Part shown: positions 9,601 through 17,646 of the stretch, piece after piece
Layout of the letters: each line of letters begins with the position of its first letter
Numbering within the stretch: the stretch's first letter is position 1
NCBI GenBank assembly: GCA_037441385.1
Contig: JBBISH010000082.1
Location: forward strand, 1-30,948
Length of the DNA: 30,948 nucleotides
Reading direction: 5' to 3'
From: Myxococcales bacterium
Lineage (GTDB): Bacteria > Myxococcota_A > UBA9042
Position numbers and translations under genes: made by a program
The notes under the pieces: generated by a model
What the model was told of the DNA's origin: nothing
Seen by the model: the letters and a program-made list of their open reading frames with translations, nothing else
The model's database searches: none

Positions 9601-9860
9601 GGTGTAGGGTCTGCGCGACTGCCTACACCCCGAAGTGCGCAAAATCACAGAGCCGCGGTGTAGGCAGTTTGGGAGCCTACACCCGCATACACCTGAAATC
9701 ATTGGCGGTGTAGGCAGTGTAGGCAAAATCCCATGTACGGGAGCGTGCGCCCGCGCTCGCGCACACACGCGCGGAGACCTACACCTACACCTGTGCAGAT
9801 AGTAGAGAGATACCAACAACTTGCGGGTGTAGGCAGCCAATTCGGACCCTACACCCGCAA
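9601..9860. repeat. Putative replication origin: array of GGTGTAGG/CCTACACC repeats
   Basis: Nine exact 8-mers (9601, 9622, 9657, 9676, 9707, 9778, 9784, 9826, 9848) in both orientations; perfect 13-bp inverted repeat 9821-9833/9848-9860. Non-coding, downstream of the VapE operon. Confidence 0.65.
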
Positions 9861-9882
9861 CCACTTGAAAACAGGAGATAGC

Positions 9883-10845
9883 ATGGCCAAGAAGCCCAAC
9901 CTCGTCACCTCGAACAGCTGCCCCGGCTGCGGCAAGGACTTTGAAAGTCCCCAAGCAGTGCGGGGACATCTGCGTTTTTGCCCCAACCGCCAGGCCGTGG
10001 TGGGCAAGCAGCCGCCGGCGCCTGCCTTTGTCGCCGAGGTCAAGCCCCAGCCGGCGCCAGTCGCCGCGCCTGCTGCAGCAGCCCCTGCCCAAGCTGCTGA
10101 GCCCAGCGCCGCCCCGGCCTTTGTCGCCCAGGTCGACGCACCGCCGCCGCCCCCTGCCCCGCCGGCCGCCACCGAAGAGACCCAGTATGTGCCGCGGATG
10201 CCCCTGCCCAACCCGCAGGCCGGCACCGGTGGTGTGCCGCTCGAGCAGTGGCATGCAGGCGGCGCCTTCCCCAACCGCCTCGAGGAGCTGCACCCCGAGC
10301 CGCCGGCCCAGGCTCAGCTGCAGGCGGCCGCGGGCACGGTGTCGGTGGCGACGGTGGGCGCACCGGCGGCGCCAGGCGCGCAGCTCGCCCAGGTCGAGTC
10401 CGCCACGCCGGCGGTGGACGTCGTCAAGGTCATGCAAGTCCTGAGCAAGCGCATGTTCCAGTGGGAAGGCGGCGGGCCGCTGACCGACGAAGAGTGCGAG
10501 CTGCTGCGCACCGTCATCACCTGGCAGCCCGGCCCTACCAGCGGCGCCGCGCTGATCCTCGCCGGCGTGTTTGGCCCGCGCCTGCTGACCCACCCCAAGG
10601 TGGCCGACGCCATGGGGCGGCTGTTCGACGCCGGCATCGACCGCCTGGTCAGCGAACTCGGCGGCGACGAGGCCAAGCCTGCAGCGCCACCGGCCCGCGA
10701 AGAGCGTCCAGACGCAGCGGCTTCGATGCCTGCGAGCGTTGCCCAGCCGGTGGCCGTCCGCGACCCCGACGACGAGCTGCGCGCCGAGTGGGCTGCCCGC
10801 GGCGTCGACCTGGACGAAGTGCGCCGCGCAAAGGAGGCGGCATGA
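9883..10845 (+). CDS. C2HC zinc-finger protein with Pro/Ala linker and hydrophobic C-terminal segment
   Basis: AGGAG RBS, ATG 9883; CPGC-x12-H-x3-C; GAALILAGVFG segment; ATGA overlap with the ATPase. Confidence 0.75.
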   Translation: MAKKPNLVTSNSCPGCGKDFESPQAVRGHLRFCPNRQAVVGKQPPAPAFVAEVKPQPAPVAAPAAAAPAQAAEPSAAPAFVAQVDAPPPPPAPPAATEETQYVPRMPLPNPQAGTGGVPLEQWHAGGAFPNRLEELHPEPPAQAQLQAAAGTVSVATVGAPAAPGAQLAQVESATPAVDVVKVMQVLSKRMFQWEGGGPLTDEECELLRTVITWQPGPTSGAALILAGVFGPRLLTHPKVADAMGRLFDAGIDRLVSELGGDEAKPAAPPAREERPDAAASMPASVAQPVAVRDPDDELRAEWAARGVDLDEVRRAKEAA

Positions 10846-11459
10846 CCCGCCGCCCGACCTTTGACCCGCTCATGGCCGACCGCCACGCCTGGGTGCAGGT
10901 GGTGCTGGGCAAGGCCGGCAGCGGCAAGACCAGCTACATGAACCTGGTCCTGGCCCTGTGGCGGCAGCGCCTGGGCGGCCACAGCCTGGCCATTGACGCG
11001 GTGTGCCCACCCAAGCCCACGCCCAAACACCTGGCCTACTGGGCCAGCGCCTGGTGCATCGAGCCGCCCGACGAGCTACGCCCCGAGTTCAGCCTGGTGG
11101 CCTGCGACGAGGCCCAGCGCTTCCTGGGCAGCGGCGGCGTGCGCGGCGGCAACAAGGTCCTGCAAGAAATCACCTTTCGCGGCCGCCACACTGGCAAGTA
11201 CGGCACGTCGGCGCTGCTGGGCACCCAGCGGGCCAAGCACATCCACCCCGACGTGTGGAGCCAGGCCAAGCGGGTGGTGTGCTTCCGCACCATCGACCAG
11301 CACGACCTGGAGCGTATCAGCGACCTGGCGGGCATGACGAGCGAGGCCCTGGCGCTGCTGCCGCACTTGCCGCCGGGCTACGCGGTGGTGTGGGACGAGC
11401 AAGACGGCCTGTTTTACCCGTGGGTTCCCGAGTGGTCCGCGGCGAAGGTGGGCCGATGA
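10842..11459 (+). CDS. FtsK/HerA/A32-like ATPase, putative genome-packaging ATPase
   Basis: 205 aa; Walker A VVLGKAGSGKTS, Walker B LVACDEAQ, arginine-finger RGRH, LLGTQR, VVCFR. No TM. Confidence 0.82.
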   Translation: MTRRPTFDPLMADRHAWVQVVLGKAGSGKTSYMNLVLALWRQRLGGHSLAIDAVCPPKPTPKHLAYWASAWCIEPPDELRPEFSLVACDEAQRFLGSGGVRGGNKVLQEITFRGRHTGKYGTSALLGTQRAKHIHPDVWSQAKRVVCFRTIDQHDLERISDLAGMTSEALALLPHLPPGYAVVWDEQDGLFYPWVPEWSAAKVGR

Positions 11460-11686
11460 TCACGCCGGACTGCCTGCGAAGCGTGCGGCAAGCGCGCGGC
11501 CTGTCGATTGAGGCCGTGGCGGAGCTCGCAGGGTACGCCCCAGGCACGGTCTGGAGACTTGAACAAGGTCGCGCAGTTCGGTGGCAAGTCCTGGTCGACG
11601 TGGCCTTGGCGCTGGGCGTTTTACATGCGGGACGCGGGAGCGGTGCACACTCACCTGTGCAAGTCATTGATTGCATGGCGTGTTGA
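11456..11686 (+). CDS. XRE-family HTH regulator
   Basis: LRSVRQARGLSIEAVAELAGYAPGTVWRLEQG; ATGA overlap with the ATPase stop. Confidence 0.85.
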   Translation: MITPDCLRSVRQARGLSIEAVAELAGYAPGTVWRLEQGRAVRWQVLVDVALALGVLHAGRGSGAHSPVQVIDCMAC

Positions 11687-11731
11687 CGGAAAGTCGGGTC
11701 TGTCAACCCGCGTACTCTTCAATATATTGAA
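11682..11731. promoter_or_regulatory. Putative control region of the structural operon
   Basis: GTTGAC-N14-GTCAAC (11682-11707) and perfect AT-rich palindrome TTCAATATATTGAA (11718-11731) upstream of the capsid-candidate RBS. Confidence 0.45.
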
Positions 11732-11819
11732 TGGACTTCGCCAGTTGCCGGCGCCTAGTGTGAGACCACTCGGCCGCCAAGTTGCGCGGCCTCTTCCCGT
11801 CGCAACTAGGAGAAATCAC

Positions 11820-13067
11820 ATGGCGATTCGTACTCTGGCGCGCAAGACCAACACCGGCACCGGGACCCTGCAGGTCATCCAGGATCCCATCTACGACCAC
11901 ACCTTCCGCGTCGACGCAGTTCTCATCAAGCTGCGGGCGAACATCAAGAACACTGATACCTCCGCGCAGAACATGAGCGCCGCCACGTTTGGCCACGCCT
12001 GGAAGCTGAAGTACGAGTACGCCGACGGCATGAAGTGGTACGACAACGTGCCGCTGGTCGCTGTGGAGCGTATCTTCGAGCAGACCACGCGCAACTATCT
12101 GGTCAACCCAGTGGAATTCGCCAAGTCGGCGGCGTCGTCGGCTCTGTCGACTTACAGCAGCGATGGCCTGATTTCGGCCGGTGCGGCGCCGAACCCCGTC
12201 ACCGGCAACATCAACGACCTGACCCGGAGCTTTCAGAAGGAAGTGCGCGACCGCCGCGTCATTGCCGTCAGCGGCACGGCGTCGGACATCGACTTCCGCT
12301 TCCTGCTGCCCCTGGCGCGGCCCAACGCGAGCAAGCCGGTGGACTTCTGCCAGGCCCTGTCGCTGCTGGGCAAGCTGGACGTCCAGCTGACCAACGACAC
12401 CGGCAATGCTTTCCTGACCGTCAACAGCTTCACGGTCGAGGCCATCGCCATCGGCGAGCGCGTGGACAACTTCTACGCCGGCGTCCGCACCCGCCACTTC
12501 ATCCAGGGCGCCCAGCTCAACGTCATCGACGACGCCATCGCCTTTTCGGGCGACCGCCTGCTGGCGCACCACATGTACGCCACCAGCGGCAGCATCGCCG
12601 GAGTCGACCTGGTCGCCAAGCTGGACGGCAGGCACACCATCGTCGAGCTGAACAATGGCACGGTGGTCACCGAGTTGAACAAGCTGACCGGCGTGGTGGC
12701 CGGCGACTTCCCGGCCGACAGCGAGCGCAACATGACCGACGCGGTGTTGGTGGTCGCCGAGCCGTTCAAGTACAGCATCTTGGACCGGCCCATCAGCCGG
12801 GGCCTGAGCCTGCACTGGTCGAGCAACGCGGGCACGCCCGGTACCCAGTTCCACGTGGTGTCGGTGGCGGCGCCCAAGTCGGACCGCTGCCGCGTGGCGA
12901 CCTACCCGGGCGGCGGCAACATTACCCCGGCCAGCCTGGACCGCGTGACCCGCGTGCAGGCCCGCAACCCCGGCATCGACCCCAACGTGCTCAAGAACAT
13001 CAAGGACTGGCTGCCCGAAGAGGTCTTCACCCCCGAGGCCACCGGCTCGGCGCCCTGCGGGGCGTAG
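11820..13067 (+). CDS. Putative double-jelly-roll major capsid protein (415 aa)
   Basis: AGGAG RBS and strong codon bias. Two repeats of a strand-strand-DG-strand-helix pattern (VDAVLIKLRA..KLKYEYADG..VPLVAVERIF..FRFLLPL..LDVQLT; LLAHHMYA..LVAKLDGRHTIVEL..VVTELNKL). No TM; located just after the packaging-type ATPase. Fold inferred by eye. Confidence 0.68.
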   Translation: MAIRTLARKTNTGTGTLQVIQDPIYDHTFRVDAVLIKLRANIKNTDTSAQNMSAATFGHAWKLKYEYADGMKWYDNVPLVAVERIFEQTTRNYLVNPVEFAKSAASSALSTYSSDGLISAGAAPNPVTGNINDLTRSFQKEVRDRRVIAVSGTASDIDFRFLLPLARPNASKPVDFCQALSLLGKLDVQLTNDTGNAFLTVNSFTVEAIAIGERVDNFYAGVRTRHFIQGAQLNVIDDAIAFSGDRLLAHHMYATSGSIAGVDLVAKLDGRHTIVELNNGTVVTELNKLTGVVAGDFPADSERNMTDAVLVVAEPFKYSILDRPISRGLSLHWSSNAGTPGTQFHVVSVAAPKSDRCRVATYPGGGNITPASLDRVTRVQARNPGIDPNVLKNIKDWLPEEVFTPEATGSAPCGA

Positions 13068-13085
13068 TTCGCAAACCGCCGGCGG

Positions 13086-13097
13086 CTATGTGAATAG
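13086..13097 (+). repeat. CTATGTGAATAG motif, copy 1
   Basis: 19 nt after the capsid-candidate stop, in context CCGCCGGCGG-motif-CCTGCAGGCGG. Confidence 0.9.
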
Positions 13098-13176
13098 CCT
13101 GCAGGCGGTGGTGACCAGCTGGGCCGGGTGGATTCCCTGCCCGGCCCGGCTGGTGGTTCTGAGGGCCGAGGTCGCG

Positions 13177-13995
13177 ATGGCATCGAAGTTCGGAAACATC
13201 AAAGACCTCTGGTCCAACTTGGACACCTGTATTCGCGACAGGACGTCCTGGATTGAGCTGGGTTCGGCAGCGACCGGTGGATATCCGGCCATGCTCAAGC
13301 TCCTCGCTGAGAAGGCCCAGGAGTGCTCGGCTGACCCGAATACCCAGTACCGGACGGCAGTACAACTCGCTGAACTCTTTGGGCAGACGCCACCGAAGCA
13401 GTCAGATTTTGGCATCAACGCGGATGGGACTGTCGGCAAAGGAACCACCATGAACGACGGACGCGGCTCGCAGACGGTTGGTGACCCGGCCGACCAGGCC
13501 AAGAACCAACATGACGACATCGCCCGGGCCATTTCGTACCAGTTGCTCGGCACCAGTTGCACCAGCGACATCCAGCTTCCGGGCAACACCTGGTCGCGCT
13601 GCCGGACTGGCATGGATGGCTACGGCTATACCATTGACACGTCGCGCTACCCGCTGACCAACAAGCAATTCGTGGCGATTAAGCAGGCTGTGCAAGATGC
13701 GGCGGCTCTGGGGACCACACCCGACGACATGCTTGCCCGCGGCCAGGCGGCCGCCACGGCGGAGCTCGCCAAGCTGGGCATTGGGGCCAAGCTGCCCGGC
13801 CCATCCGGCGGCCCCGGCATGATCCCCGGCGAAGTCGGCCCCGGCATGATCCCCACCGGCGGCGACCCCGGCAGCACCGGCACCAGTCGGCCCCAAAAGT
13901 CCAACACCGTCGCCATGGCCGGCCTGGGCCTGCTGGGCGGCGCCATCGCGCTCGTGGGCGCCTGGTACATCGCCAAGGCCGTCAAGGCCAAGTAA
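13177..13995 (+). CDS. Tail-anchored membrane protein, putative virion protein
   Basis: GAGG RBS; four Cys; Gly/Pro linker with GPGMIP twice; C-terminal TM then AKAVKAK. Confidence 0.7.
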   Translation: MASKFGNIKDLWSNLDTCIRDRTSWIELGSAATGGYPAMLKLLAEKAQECSADPNTQYRTAVQLAELFGQTPPKQSDFGINADGTVGKGTTMNDGRGSQTVGDPADQAKNQHDDIARAISYQLLGTSCTSDIQLPGNTWSRCRTGMDGYGYTIDTSRYPLTNKQFVAIKQAVQDAAALGTTPDDMLARGQAAATAELAKLGIGAKLPGPSGGPGMIPGEVGPGMIPTGGDPGSTGTSRPQKSNTVAMAGLGLLGGAIALVGAWYIAKAVKAK

Positions 13996-14021
13996 GCGCC
14001 CGCAGCGCCAAAGGATTCGCC

Positions 14022-14450
14022 ATGAGCTGCAGCAGCTGCCAGATGAAGAAGCACTCCGGCCACAAGGACGGCGGCGGAGAGCAATTTGAGGCGCACGTAC
14101 GCAGGCTCGCCCACAAGGCCGGCATGCAGCATCGGGCGAGTTCTGCGCCCGCTGGCCATGCCGAAGCAAGTGCTGCGCCAGCCGCCCATGCCGAGCTGGT
14201 TCCGCCCCCCGAGCGGCAGACAAGGGTGATTGCCCACATCGACGACAAGCAGCCGCTGGAACCCGTGCGGGTCGACCCAAAGCGCCCCGGCATCCCTGGC
14301 GATGCTGGCCCACAAGGCTGGGACATCAAGCACACCCACGCCACCAGCAACCTGTGGCACGAGCCGGTGACCTGGCTGGCGGGCGCGCTGGCGCTGTCGG
14401 CCGTCGCCGGCCTGGTCTCGACCATCATCTATGTGAAAGCAAAGGGCTAA
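14022..14450 (+). CDS. Tail-anchored membrane protein
   Basis: N-terminal MSCSSC, His-rich body, C-terminal TM then VKAKG. Confidence 0.7.
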   Translation: MSCSSCQMKKHSGHKDGGGEQFEAHVRRLAHKAGMQHRASSAPAGHAEASAAPAAHAELVPPPERQTRVIAHIDDKQPLEPVRVDPKRPGIPGDAGPQGWDIKHTHATSNLWHEPVTWLAGALALSAVAGLVSTIIYVKAKG

Positions 14451-14455
14451 GCACG

Positions 14456-14956
14456 ATGGCGACCCGCGCGCAAAACCTGGTCAGCACCTACGGCACCGGC
14501 CCCGTCAAGGGCGCCGCCGAGGTCATGGCCTTCATGGAGGCGATGCGCGACGCCGGGCTTACCGACAAAGAGGCCTGCGTCGTGGGCGCCTGGCTGGGCG
14601 GCGCGCCGGCCGAGCACTGCCCGGGCTACAACCCCTGGGACTGCACCTTCCGCCAGACCGCGCCCGAGGCCTGCGACAGCAACCTGGAGGTCAGCACCTG
14701 CACGGCGCGGTTGAACAAGCTGGACGCCGAGCTGGCCGGCCTGATCAACGCCAAGGCGACCGGCCAGCAGTGGCGGCAGACGCAGAACGAAGAGCGCAAC
14801 GTGCAAGAAGACGTGGCCAAGCTGAAGGAAAAGGCCAGCGCCGCGCTGACCTTCGACGTGCTGGGCCTGTCGGTCACGCCCAAGATGCTGGCGGTCGGCG
14901 GCCTGGTGGCCCTGGGCGCGCTGGTGGTCTGGCGCGTGGCCAAGGCGGTGGCGTGA
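14456..14956 (+). CDS. Tail-anchored membrane protein
   Basis: Cys-containing domain, coiled coil, ends FDVLGLSVTPKMLAVGGLVALGALVVWRVAKAVA. Confidence 0.75.
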   Translation: MATRAQNLVSTYGTGPVKGAAEVMAFMEAMRDAGLTDKEACVVGAWLGGAPAEHCPGYNPWDCTFRQTAPEACDSNLEVSTCTARLNKLDAELAGLINAKATGQQWRQTQNEERNVQEDVAKLKEKASAALTFDVLGLSVTPKMLAVGGLVALGALVVWRVAKAVA

Positions 14957-15309
14957 TGGCGGTGACCGTCTTTGACTCCATCGACTTCCTGAACGGCGGC
15001 ACGGACAACGAACTGGCCCGTAAGCTGGGCGCCGCAGCAGCCAAGCAGGCCGACAACGTCCTCAGCTACATCAAGCCCGTGGCCGAGCGCCAGGGCGAAG
15101 CGGTGTTCAAGAAGCTGGCGCCCGTTGCCGCGGAGCAGGCCGCGCCGGCGGCGGACAAACTCTGGTCGGCACTGCAGGACAAGGCGAACGAGGAATTCTC
15201 GTTCGACGTCCTTGGCTTCACGGTCACGCCCAAGATGCTGGCGGTAGCCGGAGCGGTGGCGCTGGGTGCGTTGGTGGTGGTGGGCATCGCGAAGGCGGTG
15301 AAGGCATGA
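14956..15309 (+). CDS. Tail-anchored membrane protein with paralogous anchor
   Basis: TGATG coupling; ends FDVLGFTVTPKMLAVAGAVALGALVVVGIAKAVKA. Confidence 0.75.
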   Translation: MAVTVFDSIDFLNGGTDNELARKLGAAAAKQADNVLSYIKPVAERQGEAVFKKLAPVAAEQAAPAADKLWSALQDKANEEFSFDVLGFTVTPKMLAVAGAVALGALVVVGIAKAVKA

Positions 15310-15851
15310 ACGCAAAAGCCCTGTACACCGCCTACGGCCTGGGCAAGGCCGCGGGCCCGACCAAGAATCCCGAGGAGTACTCGAACATCCTGGCGGCGCT
15401 GGACAAAGCCATGGCGCCAAGCGACAAGGCCGAACTGTGCATGTTGAAGGCGCATTTTGCCAACACCATTGCCGGTGCTGCGCCCGCGGCCGACAGCTGT
15501 GGCGGCGGAACGAAGTACGGTTCGGCGCTGGAGGCTCTGGAAGGGACCGACAGCGAGTTGGCCTACGTGTACGTACGCAAGCTGGGCCTGAGCAAGGCCG
15601 ATGCGCAGCAGGTGCTGGCCAACGTACCGAACTGGCCAGAGAAACTGGCCGCGGTGCCACCCAAGCCGAAACCGAAACCTAGTCCCAAGACCCCGGCCAA
15701 AGCGCCGGACCCCAAGACCCCGGCCCTGCCGGCGGCAGTTGCGGCCAAACCCAGCGCCGTCAACGCGAAGACTGTCCTCCTGGGTGTCGGCCTGCTGTTG
15801 GCCGCCATCGGGGTGGGCACCCTGGCCCTGCGCTCGCTGCGCACGGCGTGA
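15306..15851 (+). CDS. Tail-anchored membrane protein with Pro/Lys stalk
   Basis: ATGA overlap; PKPKPKPSPKTP linker; C-terminal TM then RSLRTA. Confidence 0.75.
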   Translation: MNAKALYTAYGLGKAAGPTKNPEEYSNILAALDKAMAPSDKAELCMLKAHFANTIAGAAPAADSCGGGTKYGSALEALEGTDSELAYVYVRKLGLSKADAQQVLANVPNWPEKLAAVPPKPKPKPSPKTPAKAPDPKTPALPAAVAAKPSAVNAKTVLLGVGLLLAAIGVGTLALRSLRTA

Positions 15852-15858
15852 GGTTACT

Positions 15859-16164
15859 ATGTACCTGAGTTGGAAGGGCGTTATCGCCTCGACCATCGTC
15901 TGCGCTGGTGTCGGTGCCGGCGTCGGCGCGGCCATGGGCAGCACGGGCAAGGGCGCGGCCATCGGTGCCGGCGCGGGCTTGCTCGCCCCGGTGATTGCCG
16001 AGGGCCTGGAAGGCATGTTCGACGGCGCCCGGGCCGAGGCCACCACGGCGCTGAAGCAGATGCGCAATGCCGTCAAGGACGGCGACCCGGCCGCGTTGGC
16101 GACCGCCAAGGGCGAGTTCGACAAGGCGATGCTGGAAGTCCAGAAGGCGCCCGAGGCCAAGTAA
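15859..16164 (+). CDS. Glycine-zipper membrane protein
   Basis: GAGG RBS, ATG 15859; AGVGAGVGAAMG...GAAIGAGAGLL. Confidence 0.7.
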   Translation: MYLSWKGVIASTIVCAGVGAGVGAAMGSTGKGAAIGAGAGLLAPVIAEGLEGMFDGARAEATTALKQMRNAVKDGDPAALATAKGEFDKAMLEVQKAPEAK

Positions 16165-16190
16165 CCCCGGCCGCCAGGTGGCGCCGGCGC

Positions 16191-16202
16191 CTATGTGAAT
16201 AG
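16191..16202 (+). repeat. CTATGTGAATAG motif, copy 2
   Basis: Intergenic, within the extended hairpin GCCGGCG-C-motif-C-CGCCGGC. Confidence 0.9.
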
Positions 16203-16256
16203 CCGCCGGCGTCGCCCTGGCCGGGCAGACCTGCAACCGCCTGCGTCGAGGTCGGC

Positions 16257-16607
16257 ATGTCCTGCGCCCCCTGTGAATCCAAGCTGCAGCAAGTCGTGCG
16301 GGCCGCTGCGACCCGGACCGACGTCTACATCGATATCCCCAGCTGCCACAACCGGTTGCGGGTGCAGTCGTCGCCGGCGTCGACCGTTTCGGGCGGTACC
16401 GTCAAGGCGCTGCTGGGCGTGCGCGACCCAGAGAGAGTCACAGACTGGGTGTTTGGCAGCGTGGGCAGCATCGCCTACGCCGCCGAGGGCGGCCAAGTCA
16501 CGTCGATTATGGCCCCCGACATCCCGCACCAACTGCGCGTGATGGTGGTGGGCTACGGCGGCACCGGCGAACTGGTCGTGCTTGTCGAATCCTGGAGGGA
16601 AGCATGA
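16257..16607 (+). CDS. Small beta-rich protein, single-jelly-roll penton/vertex candidate
   Basis: GAGG RBS; 116 aa of alternating hydrophobic strands (VYIDIP, LRVQS, LRVMVVG, LVVLVES). Function inferred. Confidence 0.5.
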   Translation: MSCAPCESKLQQVVRAAATRTDVYIDIPSCHNRLRVQSSPASTVSGGTVKALLGVRDPERVTDWVFGSVGSIAYAAEGGQVTSIMAPDIPHQLRVMVVGYGGTGELVVLVESWREA

Positions 16608-16957
16608 CCGAGGAAGCCCGCAACATCGCTATCAAAGCCATCGTCTCGGTGGTCGGCGGCGTCATCGTCTACGTCAGCGGTCACCACATCGGCGGCGTCG
16701 CGGCGGAAGAGACCCATGCGGCCAAGTCGGCGGGGGCAGATGAGGCGGCCAAGGCCGTGCAAGTCACGCTGCAGCACGAGTTGCAGCCCCTGCAGGCCGA
16801 TATCCGGCGCCTGACCAGCGCGGTCGACACGCTGTGGGCCACTCGCCAAACGACCGAGGCCCGCCTGGCGGCCCTGGAGCTGCCGGCGTCGGCGACGGCC
16901 GCGGACGACTGGCGCCAGTTGCCGGTGCAGGCCATTCACGCCCGCAAGGGGCACTAG
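16604..16957 (+). CDS. N-terminal TM plus coiled-coil protein (holin/spanin-like or virion membrane protein)
   Basis: IAIKAIVSVVGGVIVYV then heptad region; coupled to the downstream hydrolase genes. Confidence 0.6.
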   Translation: MTEEARNIAIKAIVSVVGGVIVYVSGHHIGGVAAEETHAAKSAGADEAAKAVQVTLQHELQPLQADIRRLTSAVDTLWATRQTTEARLAALELPASATAADDWRQLPVQAIHARKGH

Positions 16958-17646
16958 TGCGCCTCCCCTCCCCAACCCTGCTCGCCATCGGCCTGACCGC
17001 CGCCGGCTTGCTGATTGCCGGCCTGGCCTGGTCCGATGAGGTACGCGCCATGCTTCCCGCCGATCGTTGGGGCAAGAAGCCCCTGAACGCCAAGCAAACC
17101 GAGTGGCTGCGCGGCCTGATTGCCGACGCCACGGGCATCATCGCCGCGGGCGGTTTGCCGACCAACGTCGCCATTGCTCAGGCCGCCATCGAGACGGGCT
17201 GGGGCAGCGCCGGCCGCAACAACCCGTGGGGCCAGCGCGGCAAAGGCGATGCTGGCTCGCAGCAGTACACCACGACCGAGTGTTTCAAGGCGGATTCGTG
17301 CACGGTCTTGCACGACCAGACCTTTGCCAAGTACTCGTCGCAGGCGGCGGCCGCCCAGGGCTATGTGCGGTTCCTGGCGGGCAAATCCTACATACCCGGC
17401 AAAGCGTTCTTGCCGCAGGACCCCGGTCGCTGGCTGCTCTGGCTGTGGGCGATGGGCTACGGCACCGCCAACCACTACGCCGTCACAGTGGTCGACGTCA
17501 GCCGCAAAATCGCCGTGACGCTGGACGATGCCAGCTATGCCATCGACTGGAGCGACGCGCACAAGGCCATCGCCGACCAGTTGAGCCAGGCCGACGCCGG
17601 CAGCGCGCGCCGCGCCAAGGCCCGCGAGCTGCTGGGGGTGAGCTAG
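16957..17646 (+). CDS. GH73 (FlgJ/glucosaminidase-like) peptidoglycan hydrolase with N-terminal TM
   Basis: AQAAIETGWG, NNPWG, TTE, FAKYSS, GYGT..Y; GTG start overlapping the upstream TAG. Confidence 0.82.
   Translation: MRLPSPTLLAIGLTAAGLLIAGLAWSDEVRAMLPADRWGKKPLNAKQTEWLRGLIADATGIIAAGGLPTNVAIAQAAIETGWGSAGRNNPWGQRGKGDAGSQQYTTTECFKADSCTVLHDQTFAKYSSQAAAAQGYVRFLAGKSYIPGKAFLPQDPGRWLLWLWAMGYGTANHYAVTVVDVSRKIAVTLDDASYAIDWSDAHKAIADQLSQADAGSARRAKARELLGVS

Noticed and set aside
9601..9860. CRISPR array
   Set aside because: Repeats are only 8-13 bp, in both orientations and irregularly spaced; no cas genes.
10248..11819. Long N-terminal extensions of the ATPase, HTH and capsid ORFs in the track
   Set aside because: They are out-of-frame overlaps with upstream genes. 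RBSs or ATGA coupling support starts at 10842, 11456 and 11820.
13809..13854. 19-bp direct repeat encoding GPGMIP twice
   Set aside because: A local duplication in a flexible linker, with no sign of a separate function.
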